Of a stretch of 64,000 bases of DNA, positions 50,701 to 62,029 are shown piece after piece; position 1 is the first letter of the stretch; every line of letters starts with the position of its first letter. The DNA is taken from NCBI GenBank assembly GCA_010015585.1, contig ML975180.1. One strand, written 5' to 3'. Under the pieces are notes generated by a model. The model was given only the letters and a program-made list of their open reading frames with translations, had not been told where the DNA came from and did no database searches. A program made the position numbers and the translations under genes. The DNA comes from Eremomyces bilateralis CBS 781.70. Lineage: Eukaryota.

Positions 50701-51273
50701 AAGAAGCTCGCCATGTACCGCGTGCCGCTGCAGCAGATGAAGATCAACTACTCCGTCTCGACGACCAACAAGAAGGTGTACACCGAGGAAGAAGACCGGT
50801 TCCTGCTGGTGATGCTCGACAAGCACGGCGTTGACACCGAGGGCATCTACGACAAGATCCGCGACGACATCCGCGATTCGCCGCTATTCCGGTTCGATTG
50901 GTTTTTCCTCAGCCGCACGCCCGTGGAGATCGGCCGGCGGTGCACGACGCTGCTGACGACGGTCGCTCGGGAGTTTGAGAGCGGCGACGGGAAGGTCACT
51001 AATGGCGCGGGGAAGGGCAAGCGGGCGCAGGATGAGGAGGAAGAGGTCGAGGAGGAGGACGTGCCGGCGAAGAAGAAGTCCAAGAGTGGTGTTAAGGTAA
51101 GCGCGGATTCATTTATTTCTACCGCGCCTATATACTTATTCGATTCGCAGAACAAACAACTCGACACGGTCAAGGGTAGTAAAGCCACATCCGCGAGCAC
51201 CTCTCGAGCGCAGAGCGAAGTGTCCACCGGATCTGCCCCATCGCGATCCAAGTCCAAGAGCAAGAAGAAATAA
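47705..51273 (+). CDS. ISW2: ISWI chromatin-remodelling ATPase
   Basis: [51 protein letters not shown]-terminus; short 5' exons. Confidence 0.96.
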
Positions 51274-53188
51274 GCTGTGATGGGAAGGACTTTTCACCGA
51301 TGGTAACTGGGCGTTTGGGAGTCGGAAAAGTTTGTCGGTTACGGAGTCCAGACATGAGGCGGCGTCGCAATGGAATGATGATATATTAGGTTTAGATCTT
51401 AGATCTACACATTGAGGAATACGTGTATGAGCATCCTGCTCGCCACCATGGTTATGATAAGTGTTCCCGTATGCCATTCGGGCTTATTCGACTCGTCAGA
51501 TGGGAGGGGCGCGATACATGCGATCCGCGAGCTGTACCTAATAATGCAAGTCAATTAGCAATTGCACCCAGTCGTAATTTGAAATCGCCGTCGAAGTGGA
51601 GTGTGGTGATCAGAGTAAGATTTATCATTCACGGAGACAGACGCACATCTGTCTCTCCGTTCCGTCTTGAAACTTGATTGAAAAGGTTCATCATTGGATA
51701 GAAGGGTTGAGAGGAAAGACATGAGTTACGTACCTTTTCGAATCATCTCGACATGTTGAGTCCGCTGGTTAAAGTGACAGAGCTTGATCAAGCCGTTTAA
51801 GTACGGTAGCTGAAAGTTCCTTACCGTAGCGGTTCCAGTGGTGCCAGAGATGCTACCAATGCTTCGAGAAGCAGCTGTTTGAGCCCGAAATCCCATTGCT
51901 AGCCACAGTCTGTTTAATTAGATAGAGGTACCTGTATTTCGTACCTGGCAAACCGTGATATGTGTCTGGAGAAAATTCCGCAAGCGTGGGTGATAGGCGA
52001 AGCTGATGTCGGACGACACTTGGCAACGGCCTCGGGAGATAGCTGTATCTCCTTGCCCTACCTCATCGCCTCAGCGATGGGACCTTCGAGATGGAGGGTG
52101 GTACAGTCAGTGCATCTGGGGAAGGATAGAGAATCGAGATGGTGATTCGGATTAAATAGCTTGGGGAGGAGAGGAGATTGCGGCGGTGATGCCATTAATA
52201 TTGGAGATCCGCTCTCTGTCATCCTCTCCCAAGTCCCAGTGTGTGCAAAGACTGTTCTTAGTTAGGCTTAGCAATTTGGCGGCTGAAGCAATCAAACGTG
52301 TACTTTAGTGTTTAAGTGTGTGACAAGGGAAACGATCCCAGCTCAGGGTTCACGGCGAGGAGTTGCCTGCAGCAGCCGATATTCTGATCACCAGGGTTCC
52401 GGAACAGGCGGAGATGTAATATCAGGGCCTAGGCGTGTCCATTCTCGTGCACAGTAATACAGTGATTGGAACCCGGGTTTCTGCTCTCCTTGGCCCTTCC
52501 TCTCCTCGTAATTCGTGAATCGTGATGATGTTGGAAGAGTATGACACCTGTAGATCCATCATCTCGCATGCATTCATTCGATGAAGCAGTCCGTCCTAAG
52601 GGTTAATACGGAGGAGCACCTCTGGATTTTCAATCTTCGCACCCATTGAAACTTGAACGAGATCATCCACCAGCTTCGTCCGGGGTTTTGGAAAAAGGGT
52701 CTAATTGAGATTTTCCGCTTAATTCATTCTTCTACTGTGAGCTCCTACGTCACCACGGTACTACCACAGGACTAGCCTCCACTCCTGGCGCAAGACGTGG
52801 AGACCAGTGTACGCCTCTAACTGAACTGAAGAACCGACTGTTAGTGTGTCCGTGTGTCGATGAGTGGAGAGAGGCTCCCTGAAGCCAAGACGCGCCTGGC
52901 GACTTTTTGAGCTCGTCCATTTCGTCCATTCATCACTGACACGAATGCTACTTGCGCCGTGCACCGCGCTCTCATTATTGCATTTTCGAATCGGCTGAAC
53001 CACCGCGGAATCCATGCTCGAATCGGTAACGACTCTCTTCATCGATCCTTTCACCAGGCGTTGAAACGCATACCATGCTTCTGAAGTGTGTCCATTGACC
53101 ATAACCCATCAGATGAAGGCCTCTGCGTACCTATCTCACCCACCCACATCTCTTTTACGAATCAGGATTCGAGTCCGCATCAAACAAG

Positions 53189-56100
53189 ATGGATATCAAT
53201 TCCCTCCTTTCCCCATCCGAAAGCCCGGCGCCGGCTCAAAATGACGACCGCGAAACTCCCTCTTTGCACACTCCGCCCGCCGCGCCGCCCCATACCATGT
53301 CCCCGTTTGCTTCTCCATCCGCTTCTCCCAAGCGGAATACCCGCTCAACGCGCCCGACAAATCAAAAGCGGAAATCAAGCGGCCTGACAAGAGAGATTTA
53401 TGCGGACTCCAAACCGTCCTCGCCCGTGGCGCGAGGCAGCTTGACACCGCTGGGTACCCCGGTGGAAGTCCCTGAAGAATACACCGCGCAATTACGACAG
53501 CAGCAAGAGGAGGCGTTGAGTCGACTACGGGCGGAAGAACGCGAAGCGCATGTCGCCGCTGCTCAGGCGGAGGCGCAATCGCGGGGACTCAGTATGGCAC
53601 ATGTACAAAATGCCCAGCGAAGTCCCATCGGGCTGCAGATGCCAGTAGGGAGCCTTACGCAGCCTGGATCCGCGGTGCAGAGCCCGTCGATGCTCAGTCC
53701 GGTCCTCGGGATGCCATCAGCACGAACGAATGCCGCTACAACTCTCCCACATCAGCAGGGTCAAGCAAGAAGTGGTAGCGTCGGCGCGGTACAGCGACAG
53801 AATAGCTCGGCTGGCATGGACACCTTGGCCGACCTGGCTTCGATGCAGCAGCGTCAGGTTTCATCGCCCAATATAAAGCACTCCATCCATTACACCCTCA
53901 AGCACCTAGTCCGCACTCCTTCCTCTGGGACCATGGACCAGGCATCCGGACCTGGAAGCATTCCCCGACTCTCCGCGACACCATACTTAACCGACGCCGA
54001 GGAAACCGAGTTGAACGAACATTACAGCGCCGTCATCTCGAACCCCGAAGATGCAAAGTCCCGCATGGCTTTCATCGACCTGTTACACCGCGGGCTCCAG
54101 AACTTCCGAGCTCCGCAGGACACAACCACAGATCAAAACGGTACCGCGCGTCGTTCTAGAAGGGCACGTGCTAAGGCATTTGTTCCGCTGACGCTCATCA
54201 CCGTGGAGCAGTTGGGTCGGTGGCAACCTTTCAACGAACTTCTCTCCTTGAAGCAATTCGAACTGGTTCTCGCCATGAAACCCGATGTGGACACCATGGC
54301 GGCTCTGATCGGCCTGAGTCCTTCGTTCGAAGCGGTCAGCGGCTCGGTTTGGGTCAAACGGGTCAAACTCGCGGCGCTCTGGTGGCATCAGGCCGCCATC
54401 GGCATCGACCATGATTCATTGGAGATCGACTTTGGTCACGACGTTGATTCGATTTCGCACTGGCAGGAGATGGGGATGGAAGATCGTGCCAAATCAACGT
54501 TCACCTGGGATGCCTTCATCAAAGTGTCATATGACGCTGTCGCGAGCACGAAATACAGTCCTTGTCACCTAGGCAAGATCGTGGACGTGGTTTGGAAGTG
54601 CGCGCAGTCGCAATTAGCCACCCTTCAGGGAGAAGTGGATGGAACTGGCCTGGCGGAGAGGAGAATGGCCGTCGCCAAACAATGCAATGACTTATTCACC
54701 TTCGCCCTACGAGAACCGCACGTGGAATGGCAACAGACATTTGAAAACTATACCGTTTTCCTAGCTCTGATGGATCGAGAAGAGGAAGCGCAAACGCTCC
54801 TCGCCCAATTTTCCCCTCCTGAGAAAGTCGAGGCCTTCCTCCGACGGAGAATACCTTACGAGACGCAGTTCTCCCAAGATATCGAGAACCTAGTCGAAAT
54901 GACGAGATCGAAAGAAGATCAATACGCGCAATGGCAAGAATATCTCGACTTCGAGACAGGCATGGGTAGATATTGGCAGACGGGAGAGCTCCCGGACCAA
55001 GCATCTCTCGACGAGCTCCCACAGAGCCAGGAAGAATGGGAGGACCGCGTCAATGCGTTGTTCGGACGTTTCTGCGCGAGGTTAGGGGACAATCCCGACG
55101 CATGGACGCGCTGGATCATCTGGACGAAAGACCGGGACGCCGCGGCGATTCCGCGACAAAAGCCGCGGTACATTTCCGCCGGCTCCGCGCCTTTGACTGT
55201 GCGAAGTATTCTGGACCGTGCTGTATTCCATTGTCCGGGCAGCGGGTCGCTATGGTCGCTCTTGATCCTGCATATGGAAGCCAATGGAGCCCCCTATCAG
55301 ATGATCGAGGAGATGAAGCATAGTGCGACTCGGCATAATCTGATCGAAGATATTGGAGGCCCGGAAGAAGTGATTGCATTCCAGGTCAGCTGGTGCGGCT
55401 ATCTCAGACGTCGCGCCCTGGAGTCCGGACCGGACGAGACTGACGGGGATGATATTTTGAATGCTGAAATCGGCATTCGTGGTGCGATCGAGCATGTTGG
55501 CGCAATCGTGGCCAAAAGCAAGGAGATTCCAGAACAGGCTTACAGCAAATACGCCGACGGGAAGACCCCCGGCATTACCGGCGATCCTCACTTCCGATTG
55601 GAGCGGATCTATGTCAAGTATCTCCTCCAGCGATCACGAGTCGACGATGCGCGGATATACTGGAGCAAACTGCAGGAGACACTCGCGGACTACTACGAAT
55701 TCTGGGATCGGTACTATATCTGCGAGATGGCTCTGTGGGACCATTGGCTAGAAGGTGCTAGAATGGATCATCATTCGGTGAGCGAGGATATGCGATTCCC
55801 ACGACGCGCGACGAACGTGCTTCGAGCTGCGTTGCATTCCGTAAGTACGCTTGACGAACCCGAGAAGATGATCGCGTCGTTCGAGAACCACGTGCAACAG
55901 CATGAGTCAGCCAAGGAGATCATCGCGGCCTCCGGCGAAGCGGCGAAAGCGCGGGAAGTCCTAGCGCAGCGACGGAAGCAGGAGATGGCCGTGTGGCAGA
56001 AGGGGCAGGAAGACTGGGTCGCCGCGCAGAAACAGGCGTGGCTCGCGGAGCAGGAGTCAAATGGGCCGGCTGGAGAGACGGGTAATAAACGAAAGCTCTC

Positions 56101-57559
56101 CATCGCCGCCTCGGATCAGCCGGGATCCAAACGTGCCCGATTAGGAGCCGATGCGTCCGAGACGCAAGACGCGCACGATGCTGCGGAACCGGCCAAGCGC
56201 GACCGCGAGCATGGATCGGTCCTGTTGCGATATCTCCCGAAGGATGCCACGGAGATCGACGTGAAGAAGTTCTTCCGCGGCTGCGGCAACATCAAGTCGG
56301 TCCTCTTGGCCGACGCGAACGGCGAGACGAAAACGGGCTTGGTCGAATTCGACTCGCTGGGAGATGCCCAGTTCGCGCAGATGCGGAGTACCCGGCCGTT
56401 CAAGGGCGAGGAAATTGAAATCACCTTTGCCGGCGACCTGACGCTTTACATCACGAATTATCCCCGCGACTTCGCGTCGGAGGATCTAAAGAAGGTGTTC
56501 TCAGAGTTCGGCCAGGTCCTCTCCCTCCGCCTCCCGAACCTGGCCAAGAACGCGTTCCGTCGGTTCGCCTACATCACGATGGACAGCGCCGACGCGGCGA
56601 ATGCGGCGATCGAGAAGCTGCATCAGAAACCGCTGACGGACGCCAAGGGGAAGGAATACCAAATGCAGGTGCACATCTCCGATCCAAACGTGAAGAAAGA
56701 CCGCGAGGGGGCCATGTACGAGGGCCGGGAGATCGTCGTCAAGAACCTCCCCTTCAAAGCGTCGGAAGGCGACGTTCGGGCGTTTATTCTGGACGTCATG
56801 AAGGAGGAGGTCCCTGATGTCGACACCGCCGCCACGAACGGGGACACCATCGAGGAAGACCAGGATGCGCCACCGTCTGGCGCATCCGACGCATGGGTGA
56901 AGGTCATCGAGCGAGTTCGCATTCCGCAAGGGCGGTCGAAAGGCGTCGGTTTCGTCGTCTTTCGAGATGCCGTGAGTTCCCCTTCCTCCGTACTATCACC
57001 GAACATAACTAACTCCTCACAGAACATCGCCCGCCTTTCGGTCTCCATCCTGGACGGCCGCTCCTTCATGGGCCGTCCCATGACCGTCGAACTCGCCACC
57101 AGCGAAGGCCGTAAGCTCAAAGTCACCGCCACCGAGCGCTTCAACCGCGGCTCGTCCACCGGTCCCTCCGATCCCCGCAACGGCGCCGCCCCCTCGCCCG
57201 GAAGCGTCCAAAGCGCCGAACCCCCCGAATCCCGCCCCTTCGCCCGCTCCATCACCATCTCCAACCTCCCGCCCACCACCCCCCAAGCCGTCGTCCAGGC
57301 CATTGCGGAAAAATACGGCGAGCTGCGCCGGATCAGCCTGCGGTCAGAGAAGGGGACCGCACTGGTGGAGTACGCGCAGGAGGCGTCAACGGGGAAGGCG
57401 CAGATGGCGCTGGATGCGACGGAGGTGGATGGGAACACGGTGCGGGTGGCATTGGGGATCGTGGCGGATGGGAAGAAGACGTTGGGGAGTGGGTTTGTGA
57501 GTCGGCCAGGGCAGGGGAGGCCGAGGAGGGGGGGGTTGGGGTCGAAGCGCGGCCGTTAA
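53189..57559 (+). CDS. PRP24: Prp24/SART3-like U4/U6 recycling factor (HAT repeats + four RRMs)
   Basis: MDINSLLSP start, HAT-like RAVFHCPGSGSLW and WCGYLRRRA, KRDREH before RRM1, LYITNYP, RRFAYI, REGAMYEGRE, SKGVGFVVF; probable small in-frame intron at ~56972-57022. Confidence 0.85.
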   Translation: MDINSLLSPSESPAPAQNDDRETPSLHTPPAAPPHTMSPFASPSASPKRNTRSTRPTNQKRKSSGLTREIYADSKPSSPVARGSLTPLGTPVEVPEEYTAQLRQQQEEALSRLRAEEREAHVAAAQAEAQSRGLSMAHVQNAQRSPIGLQMPVGSLTQPGSAVQSPSMLSPVLGMPSARTNAATTLPHQQGQARSGSVGAVQRQNSSAGMDTLADLASMQQRQVSSPNIKHSIHYTLKHLVRTPSSGTMDQASGPGSIPRLSATPYLTDAEETELNEHYSAVISNPEDAKSRMAFIDLLHRGLQNFRAPQDTTTDQNGTARRSRRARAKAFVPLTLITVEQLGRWQPFNELLSLKQFELVLAMKPDVDTMAALIGLSPSFEAVSGSVWVKRVKLAALWWHQAAIGIDHDSLEIDFGHDVDSISHWQEMGMEDRAKSTFTWDAFIKVSYDAVASTKYSPCHLGKIVDVVWKCAQSQLATLQGEVDGTGLAERRMAVAKQCNDLFTFALREPHVEWQQTFENYTVFLALMDREEEAQTLLAQFSPPEKVEAFLRRRIPYETQFSQDIENLVEMTRSKEDQYAQWQEYLDFETGMGRYWQTGELPDQASLDELPQSQEEWEDRVNALFGRFCARLGDNPDAWTRWIIWTKDRDAAAIPRQKPRYISAGSAPLTVRSILDRAVFHCPGSGSLWSLLILHMEANGAPYQMIEEMKHSATRHNLIEDIGGPEEVIAFQVSWCGYLRRRALESGPDETDGDDILNAEIGIRGAIEHVGAIVAKSKEIPEQAYSKYADGKTPGITGDPHFRLERIYVKYLLQRSRVDDARIYWSKLQETLADYYEFWDRYYICEMALWDHWLEGARMDHHSVSEDMRFPRRATNVLRAALHSVSTLDEPEKMIASFENHVQQHESAKEIIAASGEAAKAREVLAQRRKQEMAVWQKGQEDWVAAQKQAWLAEQESNGPAGETGNKRKLSIAASDQPGSKRARLGADASETQDAHDAAEPAKRDREHGSVLLRYLPKDATEIDVKKFFRGCGNIKSVLLADANGETKTGLVEFDSLGDAQFAQMRSTRPFKGEEIEITFAGDLTLYITNYPRDFASEDLKKVFSEFGQVLSLRLPNLAKNAFRRFAYITMDSADAANAAIEKLHQKPLTDAKGKEYQMQVHISDPNVKKDREGAMYEGREIVVKNLPFKASEGDVRAFILDVMKEEVPDVDTAATNGDTIEEDQDAPPSGASDAWVKVIERVRIPQGRSKGVGFVVFRDAVSSPSSVLSPNITNSSQNIARLSVSILDGRSFMGRPMTVELATSEGRKLKVTATERFNRGSSTGPSDPRNGAAPSPGSVQSAEPPESRPFARSITISNLPPTTPQAVVQAIAEKYGELRRISLRSEKGTALVEYAQEASTGKAQMALDATEVDGNTVRVALGIVADGKKTLGSGFVSRPGQGRPRRGGLGSKRGR

Positions 57560-58071
57560 TGGTGATTGCGCGGATCGGTTTGGTTATTCCTGAGCCTGGT
57601 TTGATCTAGGATTCGGAAGTGCATGCCCTGTTGCATGGTTAAATTCAGGTACTGTAGGACACCTATAGTTAGAGTATCGATACCGGGAAGAGTCCTATGA
57701 TAATAATACTAGCAAATAATGCAGGCCCCTGTCACTTGTCATTGCAACTATCAGATGCTGTGACCTCGGGATTTGGGATCTCACGAGAAATGATAAATGG
57801 TCCACTGGGTAGGAATGACGGTCAATTCCTGGGTCTGGGACTCCTTTTGAAAAGGCAATGTTGTATTTAAGAATATCTCTACGAATCCTAATGGCTTTCA
57901 TCCGTCCATTAGCAACCTACAAAACTAAGTAAGCGCTAGGTGTACACATCCAAGAATTCGTCCAAGACCTGCCTGATAAGACCTGCCTGATTTCCCCCCA
58001 GATGGATCATCGCCTCAATCGAAACGAAAAGAGCAATGCTATCAATTACCGCGACCAGATTCCGCCACCGC

Positions 58072-60169
58072 TCATAGTCGCGATTCATCGTTTCTCCGTC
58101 GCACCCGTATCGTCGCATCCATCGGCGGCAGCACACTCGTCCCAAACCATGTGTTCTTGGGCCGCTCCGTTGGCGGCTCCATCTCATAGTGCATAGCAAT
58201 ATATGCAAGCAAAAGCTTCAGCTCGTACGCGACGAAGAAACGACCGGGGCTGTTGGACAGGCGATCAGTTAGGTGGTAGAATCCTGGGCGCAGAATCAGG
58301 GTGGACACATACCACGCATGTCTGCCGTGGCCGAAAGCGAGGAATGAATCGCTGGTGGTTACCATCCCGACTTGCCTTCGCTTGAGCACCTTGTCTAATG
58401 CATTGTCCCTCTGCTCGATAGGCTCCTCGATATTCGTGTCCGTTTTTCGGTCTTTTTGACCCTCTCCCCGCTCTATCCCGTCAACATCCTGTACAAAATC
58501 GGGACTGTTCGGCCGCTTCACAGTGCTTCGATGAAACCTCAACGCATCGAACTCCCCCGCATTTTCACCCTGGATCGACGGATCATGGTGGATCGAATGC
58601 CCATCCACCGCGAGGACTGCACCGTAGGGAGCCACCCATCCACCCGGATGCCGGACGCCATCTTTCTTGATGACCTTACGTTCTAGTTCGCGAGTCATAA
58701 AGTTCGAGACGCGCATGCTCTCACGAATACAGCTATCGGCAAACGTGAGCTTTGCGATGGCGGACTTGCTCCATGTGTTGTCGAGAGGCATCGTTGTGAA
58801 CGTCTCCCAGGATTGCGCAGAGATGTGAGCAATGGGTGGGGCGGATTCGAATGGCAGAGGAAGCCGTCGGGTTTGATCCCGGTCCTGTTCAACACGAGAG
58901 CACAAGACACCCTCTTTCCTTTCTGTCGCATTGCTTTCAGGCATGGCCTCTACTGCGATGGGAGGTGAGCATAGAATGTCGAAAAGCGCATTCACAATCA
59001 CAAAAGTCGTGGTATGGATCGCGGCGAAATTGATGGGCATGATCCGACGAGCGATTCGGTCCACGGCGAGCTCCTGGTGCCGCCCCTCCGCCCTGGCCAG
59101 CTGGATATGCCAGGTAATGTAGTCATTTGGCGCCCTATACCGGAAACTTGGATCTTTCTCCTTCCGTTCCGTGTTCGCTAGCCGTTCTTTGATGATCGGG
59201 ACCGTATATCTTGCGCCTCGGTAGTAAAAGAAGTGGTTCGGGATGGCCAATACGTGGCCGATGATGGGTTTTAAGAAGCTAGGAACGAAATGAAGGAGAC
59301 CGGCGACGAACATGACGCCTTGCGCAAATGCCCGCATGGGTCGGAGGAACTCTTCCTTGCGGCAGAGCGGCAGGCCGACAAACACTCGGTTCGAGACGCG
59401 GGAGATCGTGAACATCATGGTATTGTACACATGAACATCTTTCCAGTGCTCCGTATCAATTCCCCATGATTCATCAATGGCAGCCGTGATTTCGTCCCAG
59501 ATCTCCTCCGTCAAGCCATTCACGCGTCGTGAGAGAGAGCGGTGGATAACATGGTTTTGGAAGGGCTCCTTGACCATTTCGGAATCCGTAAAAGCATATG
59601 CTCCTGCGAGGACTTCATAATGCAATTCGATGGTGGAGATGATGTCGTCTGGGAAATCGAGTAGCCATTTGATATCGGAACGGGGAAGGATAATCACTGG
59701 CTTCCCGCTTGGATCGGATATGGCAAACGGCTTGGACCTGTACTGCAAGACACAGATCAGCAAGCCAGAGTTTTGGAGGTGAACAACCCAGGGCCATCTG
59801 TCCTTGAAGCCCCTCTAGACTATCAAGCTCCACTGATTTCCCCTTTTCAACCTAAAAATCGGAATCGAGTAAGAGCGGCTAAGGCTGTTGAGGTATAGGC
59901 AGTATGTAAGAACCAGATGAAACGATCAGGCCCCCACCGACCTTTTGATATCCTTCAAAGAGCCATTCGGGCATTCTCCGAAAGCTGGCAAGTCTTGCGC
60001 GGGCTTGACCAAACCACTTCGACGGGTCTCTTCCGACCCATGGCACGTCATCCGGAATAGGAGGTTTTGTGGTCACCACTCGATAGGCATGGAGCAATAT
60101 CAACAGACAGAATGATACGGTCGCAAGGAATGAAATCCACGAAGCTCCGAAGGGGGTGTAGATCTCCAT
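58072..60169 (-). CDS. Cytochrome P450 (ent-kaurene oxidase-like group), multi-exon
   Basis: N-terminal TM and VPWVG; I-helix NFAAIHTT; ExxR IRESMR; heme motif FGHGRHA-CPGRFF split by an intron. Confidence 0.93.
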
Positions 60170-60914
60170 GGTGACCGAATATCCAATCGATGAGCGGTCG
60201 GAGAAGCGAGAAAACAACGCATATCAATATTCCACACAGTCTCTAGACAACGAAACAAGTGCCAACACACAATTAATAAGAATTTTAACCACCGGAAATT
60301 AAACTTTGCGATGGACTCAAGATTCAACTTTTGTCTTACACGTGCGGTCACGAGACTGTGGCACGAAGTTGGCAATGCCGAGTCTGAACTACATGAACTC
60401 CTCTTTCCCCTCGGGATATGGAGGTACTATCCGTGTCATCGCGGCTCCTATGAAGTGACAATGGGAAAGTTCAACTCGGAATGCTGGAAGCAACGCATCG
60501 GATGCCCAAGGACGGGAAGGAGAGCGAGGAAGTCGTTCAATTGCCATTCTGGCGGGCCATAAATGGCCGTAAAGAGGGACCTCTGATAGACCAATGACAA
60601 TGGAATTCTGTTCCTCTCTTTACTGAACATAGGGGTGCAAGTATATTTTCGAACTGTTCCCTCGGAAATATGATCAATTGGTGATATGTCAACACTCAAC
60701 AGTCAATCGAAGAGGTCGTGGAACGGCGCATGTGAAGTACCTGCATTGGTGCCTCAGGCTCTAATAGTCACGTGATGGCAGCCTAGAGTGGGACTGATTC
60801 TTCCAGCGACCACCAGATTCCACCGCACGTGCGCATTACCTAATAGCTCACTGGCCCGTGCGTATTCCCTCAAGTATATAAGCTCCTCCCTCCTCGATCC
60901 ATTTCTAAAAAGTC

Positions 60915-61045
60915 ATACTTACCTTGCTGCAGCGGCGCTGTGATCAAGAATACGGCGGCTTGTCAGACTACCCTGCATTGCACATCGCGGCGGTGGGCTG
61001 ATATCAGTCTCCTTCGGGGGCCTGAGTGGCGCAATTTTTGATGGC
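60915..61045 (+). ncRNA. U1 spliceosomal snRNA (3' end approximate)
   Basis: 5' ATACTTACCT, loop I GATCAAGAA, loop II CATTGCAC, Sm site AATTTTTG (61033-61040), TATATAA about 40 bp upstream. Confidence 0.9.
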
Positions 61046-62029
61046 CAAACAACAACAACTTTTCAATCTTGGGATCGCCTGGTGCGAGACCTGGTGGAAG
61101 GGTTTTTTCTTGGTGATCGATCGCAGGAGGTTCTGCTGGATGATAGGAGACAGGATGCGTGCTTGCTGGCCTTAATATGTATATTTTCTAGAAGCTGGTT
61201 TTGAATGGGGTTCTTGTCGCCTGCTGCCTCTTGCTGTTGGACAAGCGATTATTGGGCGTTGTGGACGTTGTGATGGACAGCGGTGTACGAGAATAATTAG
61301 CGCGATGTTTTGGGATGTGCGGGATCGGGGCAATCCTACACCCTAATGATCAATCACTCTCTCCGAGGCTCTGGCTTCTTCGTCTCACAGCTCTTCAATG
61401 CCATCTTGAAAAACCTATCGGTTCTCATGTTTGCTGCCCACAAACCGAGGTAGATGCCCTCGTCCTACGCGAGCGAATGGGATACCGGCGCAATCTCGTG
61501 AAATTGTCACGACGCTGGATCGCCCTGTGTCACCCATATGCAAGCGAAATAATGAGGGGAAGAAACTCGAAGGTCCATTTCATATCGAACCTCCTGCGAC
61601 TTGTCTGTTCCTTGCATCGTGAAAAGTTTCCGTCGAATGGGCATCGCGTAACGAAGTGACAAGCGTCTCGCTGTAACTGACGAACATGCTGGACTCACCA
61701 GGCGTGGGATTTATGAAGGTGGCAACCATGAGAACTACAAGATCCTATCATTGGATTCGGTTTTATTATGGAAAGGTTTTTTGTATTACCGAATCTCTTA
61801 CGTTGACGACCGAGGTGGCTACGGATCGATTCAATTCGAGATACAAGTGGAAGCCAGAAGTTGACATATGAGATCTCATTCATGAGGATCACAACCAGGT
61901 AGCGGGTTCTCCATTATGTACGATCCATGGCATGTCTCTTCAGATCTCATTCTACGCTTGCCTGTCTGTCTGAACGTGTACATCCAGTCATGCATCGTGA
62001 CGCCGCCACCACCCAACATCTCCCAAATC

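Noticed and set aside
51800..51880. Small hairpins (TACGGTA..TACCGTA, GCTTC..GAAGC)
   Set aside because: Short stems expected by chance; no ncRNA family motifs
48466..57500. Long antisense ORFs over ISWI and Prp24
   Set aside because: Shadow ORFs caused by codon bias of the sense genes
58800..58950. ~40-aa insertion between the P450 I and K helices
   Set aside because: Could be an unrecognised in-frame intron or a variable loop; cannot be resolved from sequence alone
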